This document shows, piece after piece, positions 58,058-58,970 of a stretch of DNA of 58,970 bases. The DNA is from Sulfurovum sp. GTDB lineage: Bacteria > Campylobacterota > Campylobacteria > Campylobacterales > Sulfurovaceae. The notes beneath the pieces were generated by a model. It was given only the letters and a program-made list of their open reading frames with translations, was not told the origin of the DNA and did no database searches. The stretch lies in contig JALUYL010000047.1 of assembly GCA_027012955.1 (NCBI GenBank), forward strand, positions 1 through 58,970, in the 5' to 3' direction. Numbering within the stretch: the first letter of the stretch is position 1; the number at the start of each line of letters is the position of its first letter. The translations under genes were made by a program, and so were the position numbers.

Positions 58058-58879
58058 CTACAAGGCTCTACACTTAGTAAAAAGTGTATTTTCAATTTTT
58101 CTTATATCTTCATTAAAATTATCATCTACTCTTTTTAGTTCTCTATTTAATTCAGTCATATTTAACATATTTTGTTGGATTTTGTTATTTAGTTTATCTA
58201 TAAGATTACTATAGACTTTGACTAATCTCTCTTTTTTTGTTTTCACTATAGAGTCTTGGAGAGTATTTTTTAGTTCATCTAATTTTTGAACTAATGTATT
58301 GATATTTGATTTTTTAACTAAAAGTTTTTTATCTTCCAGCATACCTTTTGTGTAGCTTTTTGCAGAAACATCCACAAATGAAGAGTTACTAGAAAAAATC
58401 TCTTTAATTTGTTGTTTCATTTTTCTTTGCGTTGCTTGAATGTCATTTTCATCTGCCCCATCACATCTTGATAAAACAAAAATGGTTCTATCTATGAACT
58501 CTTGTGGATTTTTCCAGTGTTTTTTAACTGTTTGCAAAAACTCTATCTCTTTTTTTGCGAACTCTCCTGTTGTAACATTATGCACAAAAAGATTTATATC
58601 AGACTCTTGCACTGCATCCATAACTCTTTTATTGTCATTGTCTTTTGCATTTAACCCTGGAGTATCCACAAAAATAATATCATTATGTTTAACTTTTTTA
58701 TTTTTAGCTGTTTCTCTAACATCTGCTATTTTGAAAGTTTTATGATCAAAATCTTCTAACAAAACATTAAGTAGTGAACTCTTACCATGGTTATATAGAC
58801 CCATGCATGTGATCAATACCCCTGACTCATGTATAGCATTTTGGAGAGCCACTTGCAGATTCCCAAAGACAACCCACAA
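58058..58879 (-). CDS. short TRAFAC/dynamin-like GTPase with C-terminal coiled coil; true 5' end uncertain
   Basis: G1 GLYNHGKSSLLN, G2 RET, G3 DTPG, atypical G4 SRCD; TTG start lacks an RBS. Confidence 0.85.
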   Translation of the reverse strand: MWVVFGNLQVALQNAIHESGVLITCMGLYNHGKSSLLNVLLEDFDHKTFKIADVRETAKNKKVKHNDIIFVDTPGLNAKDNDNKRVMDAVQESDINLFVHNVTTGEFAKKEIEFLQTVKKHWKNPQEFIDRTIFVLSRCDGADENDIQATQRKMKQQIKEIFSSNSSFVDVSAKSYTKGMLEDKKLLVKKSNINTLVQKLDELKNTLQDSIVKTKKERLVKVYSNLIDKLNNKIQQNMLNMTELNRELKRVDDNFNEDIRKIENTLFTKCRAL

Positions 58880-58970
58880 TTTAAGCTAAATTGAATTTCA
58901 AAAAAGCCCTTAAACCCTCATAAATGTTATAATTATCTACCAAAAAAAAACAACACTACAAGAACAAACA

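Noticed and set aside
1-58970. tRNA, rRNA, tmRNA (near smpB), SRP RNA (near ffh), prophage or intact transposase genes
   Set aside because: No recognisable signatures by eye; a covariance-model scan would be needed to exclude small RNAs

Overview
AT-rich bacterial chromosomal window. Gene content and order (yajC-secD, ffh-rpsP-KH-rimM-trmD-rplS, glyQ-Nif3-Zn-ribbon-waaA, TGnTAtAAT promoters) point to Campylobacterota, probably a Sulfurovum-like organism; this is inference, not a database result. Most of the window is housekeeping: translation, cell wall/division, nucleotide and amino-acid metabolism. Four accessory inserts interrupt it: (1) a Phd/YefM-RelE/ParE toxin-antitoxin (TA) pair at 1.7-2.3 kb; (2) an ABC-type ATPase plus putative PD-(D/E)XK nuclease pair coupled to glyQ at 28.6-30.3 kb; (3) two C5 DNA methyltransferases plus a DUF3883-like nuclease coupled to bioF at 39.3-42.9 kb; (4) a probable defence island from 51.7 kb to the end. 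The island holds a GNAT with a tiny partner, a yefM-yoeB pair bracketed by 32-bp direct repeats, a DUF4258-like gene behind a WYL/PafBC-like promoter, and a five-gene operon. That operon encodes three dynamin-like/TRAFAC GTPases, a YkgJ-type Cys-cluster protein and a small membrane-anchored Cys/His protein, and is the best candidate for an uncharacterised system. Other oddities: a hybrid kinase lacking both phospho-His sites, GTAG-type REP/REPIN elements with covarying stems, an ERIC-like hairpin and a histone-H1-like DUF2853 fusion. No rRNA, tRNA or CRISPR array was recognised. All family calls come from motif recognition by eye.
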